The notes beneath the pieces were generated by a model. The model was not told where the DNA came from. It worked only from the letters and a program-made list of their open reading frames with translations, and ran no database searches. DNA of 64,000 nucleotides, from positions 8,633,097-8,697,096 of the forward strand of contig CM082598.2 in the NCBI GenBank assembly GCA_040954595.2, given 5' to 3'. Shown here piece after piece: positions 10,000 to 25,100 of the stretch. Source of the DNA: Balanoglossus misakiensis. Lineage: Eukaryota > Animalia > Hemichordata. Position 1 is the first letter of the stretch; the number at the start of each line of letters is the position of its first letter. The translations under genes and the position numbers were made by a program.

Positions 10000-12900
10000 T
10001 CTCCCCTCCCGAGAATGGCGGGAACAAACTCTCAGCCCTTATTTCTCAGCTCCCGATAATGGCGGCAATAAATTCTCTGCCATGATTTCTCCCCTCCCAA
10101 GAATGGCGGCAATAAATTCTCTGCCATCATTTCTCCCCTCCCAAGAATGGCGGCATCAAACTCTCAGCCCCCATTTCTCCCCTCCCGAGAATGGCGGCAA
10201 CAAACTCTCAGCCCTTATTTCTCCCCTCCCAAGAATGGCGGCAATAAATTCTCTGCCATCATTTCTCCCCTCCCAAGAATGGCGGCAATATATTCTATGC
10301 CATCATTTCTCCCCTCCATAGAATGGCGGCAATATATTCTCTGCCATCATTTCTCCCCTCCCAAGAATGGCGGCAACAAACTCTCAGTCGTTATTTCTCC
10401 CCTCCCGAGAATGGCGGGAACAAACTCTCAGACATCATTTCTCCCCTCCCGATAATGGCGGCAATAATTTCTCTGCCATGATTTCTCCCCTCCCGAGAAT
10501 GGCGGCAACAAATTCTCAGCCGTTATTTCTCCCCTCACAAGAATGGCGGCAACAAACTCTCAGCCATTATTTATCCCCTTCCAAGATTGGCGGCAATAAA
10601 TTCTCTGCCATCATTTATCCCCTCCCAAGAATGGCGGCAACAAACTCTCAGCCGTTATATCTCCCCTCCCGAGAATGGCAGCGATAAATTCTCTGCCATC
10701 ATTTCTCCCCTCCCAAAGATGGCGGCAATACATTCTCTGCCATCATTTATCCCCTCCCAAGAATGGCGGCAACAAACTCTCAGCCCTTATTTCACCCCTC
10801 CCGAGAATGGCGGCAACAAATTCTCTGCCATCATTTCTGCCCTCCCGAGAATGGCTTCAACAAACTCTCAGCCGTTATTTCTCCCCTCCCGAGAATGGCG
10901 GCGACAAACTCTCAGCCCTTATTTCACCCCTCCCGAGAATGGCGGCAACAAATTCTCAGCCGTTATTTCTCCCCTCACAAGAATGGCGGCAACAAACTCT
11001 CAGCCGTTATTTATCCCCTCCCAAGATTGGCGGCAATAAATTCTCTGCCATCATTTCTTCCCTCCCAAGAATGGCGGCAACAAATTCTCAGCCGTTATAT
11101 CTCCCCTCCCGAGAATGGCAGCAATAAATTCTCTGCCATCATCTCTCCCCTCCAAAGAATGGCGGCAACAAACTCTCAGTCGTTATTTCTCCCCTCCCGA
11201 GAATGGCGGGAACAAACTCTCAGCCCTTATTTCTCAGCTCCCGATAATGGCGGCAATAAATTCTCTGCCATGATTTCTCCCCTCCCAAGAATGGCGGCAA
11301 TAAATTCTCTGCCATCATTTCTCCCCTCCCAAGAATGGCGGCATCAAACTCTCAGCCCCCATTTCTCCCCTCCCGAGAATGGCGGCAACAAACTCTCAGC
11401 CATCATTTCTCCCCTCCCAAGAATGGCGGCAATATATTCTCTGCCATCATTTCTCCCCTCCATAGAATGGCGGCAATATATTCTCTGCCATCATTTCTCC
11501 CCTCCCAAGAATGGCGGCAACAAACTCTCAGTCGTTATTTCTCCCCTCCCGAGAATGGCGGCAACAAACTCTCAGCCATCATTTCTCCCCTCCCGATAAT
11601 GGCGGCAACAAACTCTCAGTCGTTATTTCTCCCCTCCTGAGAATGGCGGGAACAAACTCTCAGCCCTCATTTCTCCCCTCCCGAGAATGGCGGGAACAAA
11701 CTCTCAGTCATCATTTCTCCCCTCCCGATAATGGCGGCAATAATTTCTCTGCCATGATTTCTCCCCTCCCAAGAATGGCGGCAATAAATTCTCTGCCATC
11801 ATTTCTCCCCTCCCAAGAATGGCGGCAATAATTTATCTGCCATGATTTCTCCCCTCCCAAGAATGGCGGCAATATATTCTCTGCCATCATTTCTCCCCTC
11901 CCAAGAATGGCGGTAACAAACTCTCAGTCGTTATTTCTCCCCTCCCGAGAATGGCGGGAACAAACTCTCAGCCCCCATTTCTCCCCTCCCGAGAATGGCG
12001 GGAACAAACTCTCAGCCATCATTTCTCCCCTCCCGATAATGGCGGCAATAATTTCTCTGCCATGATTTCTCCCCTCCCAAGAATGGCGGCAATAAATTCT
12101 CTGCCATCATTTCTCCCCTCCCGAGAATGTCGGCAACAAATTCTCAGCCGTTATTTCTCCCCTCACAAAAATGGCGGCAACAAACTCTCAGCCGTTATTT
12201 ATCCCCTCCCAAGATTGGCGGCAATAAATTCTCTGCCATCATTTATCCCCTCCCAAGAATGGCGGCATCAAACTCTCAGCCCTCATTTCTCCCCTCCCGA
12301 GAATGGCGGCAACAAACTCTCAGCCCTTATTTCTCCCCTCCCAAGAATGGCGGCAATAAATTTTCTGCCATCATTTCTCCCCTCCCAAGAATGGCGGCAA
12401 TATATTCTCTGCCATCATTTCTCCCCTCCCTAGAATGGCGGCAATATATTCTCTGCCATTATTTCTCCCCTCCCAAGAATGGCGGCAATATATTCTCTGC
12501 CATCATTTCTCCCCTCCCAAGAATGGCGGCAACAAACTCTCAGCCGTTATTACTCCCCTCCCAAGAATGGCGGCAACAAACTCTCTGCCATCATTTCTCC
12601 CCTCCCAAGAATGGCGGCAACAAACTCTCAGTCGTTATTTCTCCCCTCCCGAGAATGGCGGCAACAAACTGTCCGCACTGATTTCTCCCCCCCCCCCCCA
12701 CCAAGAATGGCGGCAATAAATTCTCTGCCATCATTTCTCCCCTCCCGAGAATTGCGGCAATAAATTCTCTGCCATCATTTCTCCCCTCCCGATAATGGCG
12801 GCAATAAATTCTCTGCCATCATTTATCCCCTCCCAAGATTTGCGGCAATAAATTCTCTGCCATCATTTTCCCCTCCTTAGAATGGAGGCAATATATTCTC

Positions 12901-15900
12901 TGCCATGATTTCTCCCCTCCCTAGAATGGCGGCAATAAATTTTCTGCCATCATTTCTCCCCTCCCAAGAATGGCGGCAATATATTCTCTGCCATCATTTC
13001 TCCCCTCCCTAGAATGGCGGCAATATATTCTCTGCCATTATTTCTCCCCTCCCAAGAATGGCGGCAATATATTCTTTGCCGTCATTTCTCCCCTCCCAAG
13101 AATGGCGGCAACAAACTCTCAGCCTTTATTACTCCCCTCCCAAGAATGGCGGCAACAAACTCTCTGCCATCATTTCTCCCCTCCCAAGAATGGCGGCAAC
13201 AAACTCTCAGTCGTTATTTCTCCCCTCCCGAGAATGGCGGCAACAAACTCTCCGCACTGATTTCTCCCCCCCCCCCACCAAGAATGGCGGCAATAAATTC
13301 TCTGCCAGCATTTCTCCCCTCCCGAGAATTGCGGCAATAAATTCTCTGCCATCATTTCTCCCCTCCCGATAATGGCGGCAATAAATTCTCTGCCATCATT
13401 TATCCCCTCCCAAGATTTGCGGCAATAAATTCTCTGCCATCATTTTTCCCCTCCTTAGAATGGAGGCAATATATTCTCTGCCATGATTTCTCCCCTCCCT
13501 AGAATGGCGGTAATATATTCTCTGCCATAATTTCTCCCCTGCCAAGAATGGCGGCAATAAATTCTGTGCCATCATTTCTCCCCTCCCGAGAATGGCGGCA
13601 ACAAACTCTCAGCCGTTATTTCTCCCCTCCCAAGAATGGCGGCAATAAATTCTCTACCATCATTTCTCCCCTCCCAAGAATGGCGGCATTAAATTCTCTC
13701 CCATCATTTCTGCCCTCCCGAGAATGGCTTCAACAAACTCTCAGCCCTTATTTCACCCCTCCCAAGGATGGCGGCAATATATTCTCTGCCATCATTTCTC
13801 CCCTCCATAGAATGGCGGCAATATATTCTCTGCCATCATTTCTCCCCTCCCAAGAATGGCGGCAACAAACTCTCAGTCGTTATTTCTCCCCTCCCGAGAA
13901 TGGCGGGAACAAACTCTCAGCCATCATTTCTCCCCTCCCGATAATGGCGGCAATAATTTCTCTGCCATGATTTCTCCCCTCCCAAGAATGGCGGCAGTAA
14001 ATTCTGTGCCATCATTTCTCACCTCCCGAGAATGGCGGCAACAAATTCTCAGCCGTTATTTCTCCCCTCATAAGAATGGCGGCAACAAACTCTCAGCCGT
14101 TATTTATCCCCTCCCAAGATTGGCGGCAATAAATTCTCTGCCATCATTTATCCCCTCCCAAGAATGGCGGCAACAAACTCTCAGCCGTTATATCTCCCCT
14201 CCCGAGAATGGCAGCGATAAATTCTCTGCCATCATTTCTCCCCTCCCAAGGATGGCGGTAATAAATTCTCTGCCATCGTTTCTCCCCTCCCAAGAATGGC
14301 CCCAACAAACTCTCAGCCCTTATTTCTCCCCTCCCATGAATGGCGGCAACAAACTCTCTGCCATCATTTCTGCCCTCCCGAGAATGGCTTCAACAAACTC
14401 TCAGCCGTTATTTCTCCCCTCCCGAGAATGGCGGCAACAAACTCTCAGCCCTTATTTCACCCCTCCCGAGAATGGCGGCAACAAATTCTCAGCCGTTATT
14501 TCTCCCCTCACAAGAATGGCGGCAACAAACTCTCAGCCGTTATTTATCCCCTCCCAAGATTGGCGGCAATAAATTCTCTGCCATCATTTCTCCCCTCCCA
14601 AGAATGGCGGCAACAAACTCTCAGCCGTTATATCTCCCCTCCCGAGAATGGCAGCGATAAATTCTCTGCCATCATTTCTCCCCTCCCAAGGATGGCGGTA
14701 ATAAATTATCTGCCATCGTTTCTCCCCTCCCAAGAATGGTGGCATCAAACTCTCAGCCCTCATTTCTCCCCTCCCGAGAATGGCGGCAACAAACTCTCAG
14801 CCCTTATTTCTCCCCTCCCAAGAATGGCGGCAATAAATTTTCTGCCATCATTTCTCCCCTCCCAAGAATGGCGGCAATATATTCTCTGCCATCATTTCTG
14901 CCCTCCCTAGAATGGCGGCAATATATTCTCTGCCATTATTTCTCCCCTCCCAAGAATGGCGGCAATATATTCTCTGCCATTATTTCTCCCCTCCCAAGAA
15001 TGGCGGCAATATATTCTCTGCCATCATTTCTGCCCTCCCAAGAATGGCGGCAATATATTCTCTGCCATTATTTCTCCCCTCCCAAGAATGGCGGCAATAT
15101 ATTCTCTGCCATCATTTCTCCCCTCCCAAGAATGGCGGCAACAAACTCTCAGCCGTTATTACTCCCCTCCCAAGAATGGCGGCAACAAACTCTCTGCCAT
15201 CATTTTTCCCCTCCCAAGATTATCGGCAACAAACTCTCAGTCGTTATTTTTCCCCTCCCGAGAATGGCGGCAACAAACTGTCCGCACTGATTTCTCCCCC
15301 CCCCCCCCCCCACCAAGAATGGCGGCAATAAATTCTCTGCCATCATTTCTCCCCTCCCGATAATGGCGGCAATAAATTCTCTGCCATCATTTATCCCCTC
15401 CCAAGATTTGCGGCAATAAATTCTCTGCCATCATTTTTCCCCTCCTTAGAATGGAGGCAATATATTCTCTGCCATGATTTCTCCCCTCCCTAGAATGGCG
15501 GTAATATATTCTCTGCCATAATTTCTCCCCTCCCAAGAATGGCGGCAATAAATTCTGTGCCATCATTTCTGCCCTCCCGAGAATGGCTTCAACAAACTCT
15601 CAGCCCTTATTTCACCCCTCCCAAGGATGGCGGCAATATATTCTCTGCCATTATTTCTCCCCTCCCAAGAATGGCGGCAATATATTCTCTGCCATCATTT
15701 CTCCCCTCCCAAGAATGGCGGCAACAAACTCTCAGCCGTTATTACTCCCCTCCCAAGAATGGCGGCAACAAACTCTCTGCCATCATTTTTCCCCTCCCAA
15801 GATTATCGGCAACAAACTCTCAGTCGTTATTTTTCCCCTCCCGAGAATGGCGGCAACAAACTGTCCGCACTGATTTCTCCCCCCCCCCCCACCAAGAATG

Positions 15901-18900
15901 GCGGCAATAAATTCTCTGCCATCATTTCTCCCCTCCCGATAATGGCGGCAATAAATTCTCTGCCATCATTTATCCCCTCCCAAGATTTGCGGCAATAAAT
16001 TCTCTGCCATCATTTTTCCCCTCCTTAGAATGGAGGCAATATATTCTCTGCCATGATTTCTCCCCTCCCTAGAATGGCGGTAATATATTCTCTGCCATAA
16101 TTTCTCCCCTCCCAAGAATGGCGGCAATAAATTCTGTGCCATCATTTCTGCCCTCCCGAGAATGGCTTCAACAAACTCTCAGCCCTTATTTCACCCCTCC
16201 CAAGGATGGCGGCAATATATTCTCTGCCATCATTTCTCCCCTCCATAGAATGGCGGCAATATATTCTCTGCCATCATTTCTCCCCTCCCAAGAATGGCGG
16301 CAACAAACTCTCAGTCGTTATTTCTCCCCTCCCGAGAATGGCGGGAACAAACTCTCAGCCATCATTTCTCCCCTCCCGATAATGGCGGCAATAATTTCTC
16401 TGCCATGATTTCTCCTCTCCCAAGAATGGCGGCAGTAAATTCTCTGCCATCATTTCTCACCTCCCGAGAATGGCGGCAACAAATTCTCAGCCGTTATTTC
16501 TCCCCTCACAAGAATGGCGGCAACAAACTCTCAGCCGTTATTTATCCCCTCCCAAGATTGGCGGCAATAAATTCTCTGCCATCATTTCTCCCCTCCCAAG
16601 AATGGCGGCAACAAACTCTCAGTCGTTATTTCTCCCCTCCCGAGAATGGCGGCAACAAACTGTCCGCACTGATTTCTCCCCCCCCCCCCCCACCAAGAAT
16701 GGCGGCAATAAATTCTCTGCCATCATTTCTCCCCTCCCGATAATGGCGGCAATAAATTCTCTGCCATCATTTATCCCCTCCCAAGATTTGCGGCAATAAA
16801 TTCTCTGCCATCATTTTTCCCCTCCTTAGAATGGAGGCAATATATTCTCTGCCATGATTTCTCCCCTCCCTAGAATGGCGGTAATATATTCTCTGCCATA
16901 ATTTCTCCCCTCCCAAGAATGGCGGCAATAAATTCTGTGCCATCATTTCTCCCCTCCCGAGAATGGCGGCAACAAACTCTCAGCCGTTATTTCTCCCCTC
17001 CCAAGAATAGCGGCAATAAATTCTCTATCATCATTTCTCCCCTCCTAAGAATGGTGGCATTAAATTCTCTGCCATCATTTCTGCCCTCCCGAGAATGGCT
17101 TCAACAAACTCTCAGCCCTTATTTCACCCCTCCCAAGGATGGCGGCAATATATTCTCTGCCATCATTTCTCCCCTCCATAGAATGGCGGCAATATATTCT
17201 CTGTCATCATTTCTCCCCTCCCAAGAATGGCGGCAACAAACTCTCAGTCGTTATTTCTCCCCTCCCGAGAATGGCGGGAACAAACTCTCAGCCATCATTT
17301 CTCCCCTCCCGATAATGGCGGCAATAATTTCTCTGCCATGATTTCTCCCCTCCCAAGAATGGCGGCAGTAAATTCTCTGCCATCATTTCTCACCTCCCGA
17401 GAATGGCGGCAACAAATTCTCAGCCGTTATTTCTCCCCTCACAAGAATGGCGGCAACAAACTCTCAGCCGTTATTTATCCCCTCCCAAGATTGGCGGCAA
17501 TAAATTCTCTGCCATCATTTATCCCCTCCCAAGAATGGCGGCAACAAACTCTCAGCCGTTATATCTCCCCTCCCGAGAATGGCAGCGATAAATTCTCTGC
17601 CATCATTTCTCCCCTCCCAAGGATGGCGGTAATAAATTCTCTGCCATCGTTTCTCCCCTCCCAAGAATGGCCCCAACAAACTCTCAGCCCTTATTTCTCC
17701 CCTCCCATGAATGGCGGCAACAAACTCTCTGCCATCATTTCTGCCCTCCCGAGAATGGCTTCAACAAACTCTCAGCCGTTATTTCTCCCCTCCCGAGAAT
17801 GGCGGCAACAAACTCTCAGCCCTTATTTCACCCCTCCCGAGAATGGCGGCAACAAATTCTCAGCCGTTATTTCTCCCCTCCCAAGAATGGCGGCAACAAA
17901 CTCTCAGCCGTTATTTATCCCCTCCCAAGTTTGGCGGCAATAAATTCTCTGCCATCATTTCTCCCCTCCCAAGAATGGCGGCAACAAACTCTCAGCCGTT
18001 ATATCTCCCCTCCCGAGAATGGCAGCAATAAATTCTCTGCCATCATTTCTCCCCTCCCAAGGATGGCGGCAATAAATTCTCTGCCATCATTTCTCCCCTC
18101 CCAAGAATGGCGGCAACAAACTCTCAGTCGTTATTTCTCCCCTCCCGAGAATGGCGGGAACAAACTCTCAGCCCTTATTTCTCAGCTCCCGATAATGGCG
18201 GCAATAAATTCTCTGCCATGATTTCTCCCCTCCCAAGAATGGCGGCAATAAATTCTCTGCCATCATTTCTCCCCTCCCAAGAATGGCGGCATCAAACTCT
18301 CAGCCCCCATTTCTCCCCTCCCGAGAATGGCGGCAACAAACTCTCAGCCCTTATTTCTCCCCTCCCAAGAATGGCGGCAATAAATTCTCTGCCACCATTT
18401 CTCCCCTCCCAAGAATGGCGGCAATATATTCTCTGCCATCATTTCTCCCTTCCATAGAATGGCGGCAATATATTCTCTGCCATCATTTCTCCCCTCCCAA
18501 GAATGGCGGCAACAAACTCTCAGTCGTTATTTCTCCCCTCCCGAGAATGGCGGGAATAAACTCTCAGCCATCATTTCTCCCCTCCCGATAATGGCGGCAA
18601 TAAATTCTCTGCCATCATTTATCCCCTCCCAAGATTTGCGGCAATAAATTCTCTGCCATCATTTTTCCCCTCCTAAGAATGGCTGCAATATATTCTCTGC
18701 CATGATTTCTCCCCTCCCTAGAATGGCGGTAATATATTCTCTGCCATAATTTCTCCCCTCCCAAGAATGGCGGCAATAAATTCTGTGCCATCATTTCTCC
18801 CCTCCCAAGAATGGCGGCAACAAACTCTCAGCCGTTATTTCCCCCCTCCCAAGAATGGCGGCAATAAAATCTCTAACATCATTTCTCCCCTCCCAAGAAT

Positions 18901-19199
18901 GGCGGCATTAAATTCTCTGCCATCATTTCTCCCCTCCCAAGAATGGCGGCAATATATTCTCTGCCATCATTTCTCCCCTCCCAAGAATGGCGGCAACAAA
19001 CTCTCAGCCGTTATTACTCCCCTCACAAGAATGGCGGCAACAAACTCTCTGCCATCATTTCTCCCCTCCCGAGAATGGCGGCAACAAACTCTCAGCCGTT
19101 ATTTCTCCCCTCCCAAGAATGGCGGCAATAAATTCTCTATCATCATTTCTCCCCTCCCAAGAATGGCGGCATTAAATTCTCTGCCATCATTTCTGCCCT

Positions 19200-22100
19200 C
19201 CCGAGAATGGCTTCAACAAACTCTCAGCCCTTATTTCACCCCTCCCAAGGATGGCGGCAATATATTCTCTGCCATCACTTCTCCCCTCCATAGAATGGCG
19301 GCAATATATTCTCTGTCATCATTTCTCCCCTCCCAAGAATGGCGGCAACAAACTCTCAGTCGTTATTTCTCCCCTTCCGAGAATGGCGGGAACAAACTCT
19401 CAGCCATCATTTCTCCCCTCCCGATAATGGCGGCAATAATTTCTCTGCCATGATTTCTCCCCTCCCAAGAATGGCGGCAGTAAATTCTCTGCCATCATTT
19501 CTCACCTCCCGAGAATGGCGGCAACAAATTCTCAGCCGTTATTTCTCCCCTCACAAGAATGGCGGCAACAAACTCTCAGCCGTTATTTATCCCCTCCCAA
19601 GATTGGCGGCAATAAATTCTCTGCCATAATTTATCCCCTCCCAAGAATGGCGGCAACAAACTCTCAGCCGTTATATCTCCCCTCCCGAGAATGGCAGCGA
19701 TAAATTCTCTGCCATCATTTCTCCCCTCCCAAGGATGGCGGTAATAAATTCTCTGCCATCGTTTCTCCCCTCCCAAGAATGGCCCCAACAAACTCTCAGC
19801 CCTTATTTCTCCCCTCTCATGAATGGCGGCAACAAACTCTCTGCCATCATTTCTGCCCTCCCGAGAATGGCTTCAACAAACTCTCAGCCGTTATTTCTCC
19901 CCTCCCGAGAATGGCGGCAACAAACTCTCAGCCCTTATTTCACCCCTCCCGAGAATGGCGGCAACAAATTCTCAGGCGTTATTTCTCCCCTCCCAAGAAT
20001 GGCGGCAACAAACTCTCAGCCGTTATTTATCCCCTCCCAAGTTTGGCGGCAATAAATTCTCTGCCATCATTTCTCCCCTCCCAAGAATGGCGGCAACAAA
20101 CTCTCAGCCGTTATATCTCCCCTCCCGAGAATGGCAGCAATAAATTCTCTGCCATCATTTCTCCCCTCCCAAGGATGGCGGCAATAAATTCTCTGCCATC
20201 ATTTCTCCCCTCCCAAGAATGGCGGCAACAAACTCTCAGTCGTTATTTCTCCCCTCCCGAGAATGGCGGGAACAAACTCTCAGCCCTTATTTCTCAGCTC
20301 CCGATAATGGCGGCAATAAATTCTCTGCCATGATTTCTCCCCTCCCAAGAATGGCGGCAATAAATTCTCTGCCATCATTTCTCCCCTCCCAAGAATGGCG
20401 GCATCAAACTCTGAGCCCCCATTTCTCCCCTCCCGAGAATGGCGGCAACAAACTCTCAGCCCTTATTTCTCCCCTCCCAAGAATGGCGGCAATACATTCT
20501 CTGCCATCATTTCTCCCCTCCCAAGAATGGCGGCAATATATTCTCTGCCATCATTTCTCCCCTCCATAGAATGGCGGCAATATATTCTCTGCCATCATTT
20601 CTCCCCTCCCAAGAATGGCGGCAACAAACTCTCAGTCGTTATTTCTCCCCTCCCGAGAATGGCGGGAATAAACTCTCAGCCATCATTTCTCCCCTCCCGA
20701 TAATGGCGGCAATAAATTCTCTGCCATCATTTTTCCCCTCCTAAGAATGGCTGCAATATATTCTCTGCCATGATTTCTCCCCTCCCTAGAATGGCGGTAA
20801 TATATTCTCTGCCATAATTTCTCCCCTCCCAAGAATGGCGGCAATAAATTCTGTGCCATCATTTCTCCCCTCCCAAGAATGGCGGCAACAAACTCTCAGC
20901 CGTTATTTCCCCCCTCCCAAGAATGGCGGCAATAAAAACTCTAACATCATTTCTCCCCTCCCAAGAATGGCGGCATTAAATTCTCTGCCATCATTTCTCC
21001 CCTCCCAAGAATGGCGGCAATATATTCTCTGCCATCATTTCTATCCTCCCAAGAATGGCGGCAACAAACTCTCAGCCGTTATTACTCCCCTCCAAAGAAT
21101 GGCGGCAACAAACTCTCTGCCATCATTTCTCCCCTCCCAAGAATGGCGGCAACAAACTCTCAGTCGTTATTTCTCCCCTCCCGAGAATGGCGGCAACAAA
21201 CTGTCCGCACTGATTTCTCCCCCCCCCCCACCAATAATGGCGGCAATAAATTCTCTGCCATCATTTCTCCCCTCCCGAGAATTGCGGCAATAAATTCTCT
21301 GCCATCATTTCTCCCCCTCCTAAGAATGGCTGCGATATATTCTCTGCCATGATTTCTCCCCTCCCTAGAATGGCGGTAATATATTCTCTGCCATAATTTC
21401 TCCCCTCCCAAGAATGGCGGCAATAAATTCTGTGCCATCATTTCTCCCCTCCCAAGAATGGCGGCAACAAACTCTCAGCCGTTATTTCCCCCCTCCCAAG
21501 AATGGCGGCAATAAAATCTCTAACATCATTTCTCCCCTCCCAAGAAAGGCGGCATTAAATTCTCTGCCATCATTTCTCCCCTCCCAAGAATGGCGGCAAT
21601 ATATTCTCTGCCATCATTTCTCCCCTCCCAAGAATGGCGGCAACAAACTCTCAGCCGTTATTACTCCCCTCCCAAGAATGGCGGCAACAAACTCTCTGCC
21701 ATCATTTCTCCCCTCCCAAGAATGGCGGCAACAAACTCTCAGTCGTTATTTCTCCCCTCCCGAGAATGGCGGCAACAAACTGTCCGCACTGATTTCTCCC
21801 CCCCCCCCCACCAAGAATGGCGGCAATAAATTCTCTGCCATCATTTCTCCCCTCCCGAGAATTGCGGCAATAAATTCTCTGCCATCATTTCTCCCCCTCC
21901 CGATAATGGCGGCAATAAATTCTCTGCCATCATTTATCCCCTCCCAAGAATGACGGCAATATATTCTCTGCCATGATTTCTCCCCTCCCTAGAATGGCGG
22001 TAATATATTCTCTGCCATAATTTCTCCCCTCCCAAGAATGGCGGCAATAAATTCTGTGCCATCATTTCTCCCCTCCCGAGAATGGCGGCAACAAACTCTC

Positions 22101-25100
22101 AGCCGTTATTTCTCCCCTCCCAAGAATGGCGGCAATAAATTCTCTGCCATGATTTCTCCCCTCCCAAGAATGGCGGCAACAAACTCTCAGCCGTTATATC
22201 TCCCCTCCCGAGAATGGCAGCGATAAATTCTCTGCCATCATTTCTCCCCTCCCAAGGATGGCGGCAATATATTCTCTGCCATTATTTCTCCCCTCCCAAG
22301 AATGGCGGCAATATATTCTCTGCCATCATTTCTCCCCTCCCAAGAATGGCGGCAACAAACTCTCAGCCGTTATTACTCCCCTCCCAAGAATGGCGGCAAC
22401 AAACTCTCTGCCATCATTTCTCCCCTCCCAAGAATGGCGGCAACAAACTCTCAGTCGTTATTTCTCCCCTCCCGAGAATGGCGGCAACAAACTCTCAGCC
22501 ATCATTTCTCCCCTCCCGATAATGGCGGCAATAAATTCTCTGCCATCATTTTTCCCCTCCTTAGAATGGAGGCAATATATTCTCTGCCATGATTTCTCCC
22601 CTCCCTAGAATGGCGGTAATATATTCTCTGCCATAATTTCTCCCCTGCCAAGAATGGCGGCAATAAATTCTGTGCCATCATTTCTCCCCTCCCGAGAATG
22701 GCGGCAACAAACTCTCAGCCGTTATTTCTCCCCTCCCAAGAATGGCGGCAATAAATTCTCTACCATCATTTCTCCCCTCCCAAGAATGGCGGCATTAAAT
22801 TCTCTGCCATCATTTCTGCCCTCCCGAGAATGGCTTCAACAAACTCTCAGCCCTTATTTCACCCCTCCCAAGGATGGCGGCAATATATTCTCTGCCATCA
22901 TTTCTCCCCTCCATAGAATGGCGGCAATATATTCTCTGCCATCATTTCTCCCCTCCCAAGAATGGCGGCAACAAACTCTCAGTCGTTATTTCTCCCCTCC
23001 CGAGAATGGCGGGAACAAACTCTCAGCCATCATTTCTCCCCTCCCGATAATGGCGGCAATAATTTCTCTGCCATGATTTCTCCCCTCCCAAGAATGGCGG
23101 CAGTAAATTCTCTGCCATCATTTCTCACCTCCCGAGAATGGCGGCAACAAATTCTCAGCCGTTATTTCTCCCCTCACAAGAATGGCGGCAACAAACTCTC
23201 AGCCGTTATTTATCCCCTCCCAAGATTGGCGGCAATAAATTCTCTGCCATCATTTATCCCCTCCCAAGAATGGCGGCAACAAACTCTCAGCCGTTATATC
23301 TCCCCTCCCGAGAATGGCAGCGATAAATTCTCTGCCATCATTTCTCCCCTCCCAAGGATGGCGGTAATAAATTCTCTGCCATCGTTTCTCCCCTCCCAAG
23401 AATGGCCCCAACAAACTCTCAGCCCTTATTTCTCCCCTCTCATGAATGGCGGCAACAAACTCTCTGCCATCATTTCTGCCCTCCCGAGAATGGCTTCAAC
23501 AAACTCTCAGCCGTTATTTCTCCCCTCCCGAGAATGGCGGCAACAAACTCTCAGCCCTTATTTCACCCCTCCCGAGAATGGCGGCAACAAATTCTCAGGC
23601 GTTATTTCTCCCCTCCCAAGAATGGCGGCAACAAACTCTCAGCCGTTATTTATCCCCTCCCAAGTTTGGCGGCAATAAATTCTCTGCCATCATTTCTCCC
23701 CTCCCAAGAATGGCGGCAACAAACTCTCAGCCGTTATATCTCCCCTCCCGAGAATGGCAGCAATAAATTCTCTGCCATCATTTCTCCCCTCCCAACGATG
23801 GCGGCAATAAATTCTCTGCCATCATTTCTCCCCTCCCAAGAATGGCGGCAACAAACTCTCAGTCGTTATTTCTCCCCTCCCGAGAATGGCGGGAACAAAC
23901 TCTCAGCCCTTATTTCTCAGCTCCCGATAATGGCGGCAATAAATTCTCTGCCATGATTTCTCCCCTCCCAAGAATGGCGGCAATAAATTCTCTGCCATCA
24001 TTTCTCCCCTCCCAAGAATGGCGGCATCAAACTCTCAGCCCCCATTTCTCCCCTCCCGAGAATGGCGGCAACAAACTCTCAGCCCTTATTTCTCCCCTCC
24101 CAAGAATGGCGGCAATAAATTCTCTGCCATCATTTCTCCCCTCCCAAGAATGGCGGCAATATATTCTCTGCCATCATTTCTCCCCTCCATAGAATGGCGG
24201 CAATATATTCTCTGCCATCATTTCTCCCCTCCCAAGAATGGCGGCAACAAACTCTCAGTCGTTATTTCTCCCCTCCCGAGAATGGCGGGAATAAACTCTC
24301 AGCCATCATTTCTCCCCTCCCGATAATGGCGGCAATAAATTCTCTGCCATCATTTTTCCCCTCCTAAGAATGGCTGCAATATATTCTCTGCCATGATTTC
24401 TCCCCTCCCTAGAATGGCGGTAATATATTCTCTGCCATAATTTCTCCCCTCCCAAGAATGGCGGCAATAAATTCTGTGCCATCATTTCTCCCCTCCCAAG
24501 AATGGCGGCAACAAACTCTCAGCCGTTATTTCCCCCCTCCCAAGAATGGCGGCAATAAAATCTCTAACATCATTTCTCCCCTCCCAAGAATGGCGGCATT
24601 AAATTCTCTGCCATCATTTCTCCCCTCCCAAGAATGGCGGCAATATATTCTCTGCCATCATTTCTCCCCTCCCAAGAATGGCGGCAACAAACTCTCAGCC
24701 GTTATTACTCCCCTCCCAAGAATGGCGGCAACAAACTCTCTGCCATCATTTCTCCCCTCCCAAGAATGGCGGCAACAAACTCTCAGTCGTTATTTCTCCC
24801 CTCCCGAGAATGGCGGCAACAAACTGTCCGCACTGATTTCTCCCCCCCCCCCCACCAAGAATGGCGGCAATAAATTCTCTGCCATCATTTCTCCCCTCCC
24901 GAGAATTGCGGCAATAAATTCTCTGCCATCATTTCTCCCCCTCCTAAGAATGGCTGCAATATATTCTCTGCCATGATTTCTCCCCTCCCTAGAATGGCGG
25001 TAATATATTCTCTGCCATAATTTCTCCCCTCCCAAGAATGGCGGCAATAAATTCTGTGCCATCATTTCTCCCCTCCCAAGAATGGCGGCAACAAACTCTC

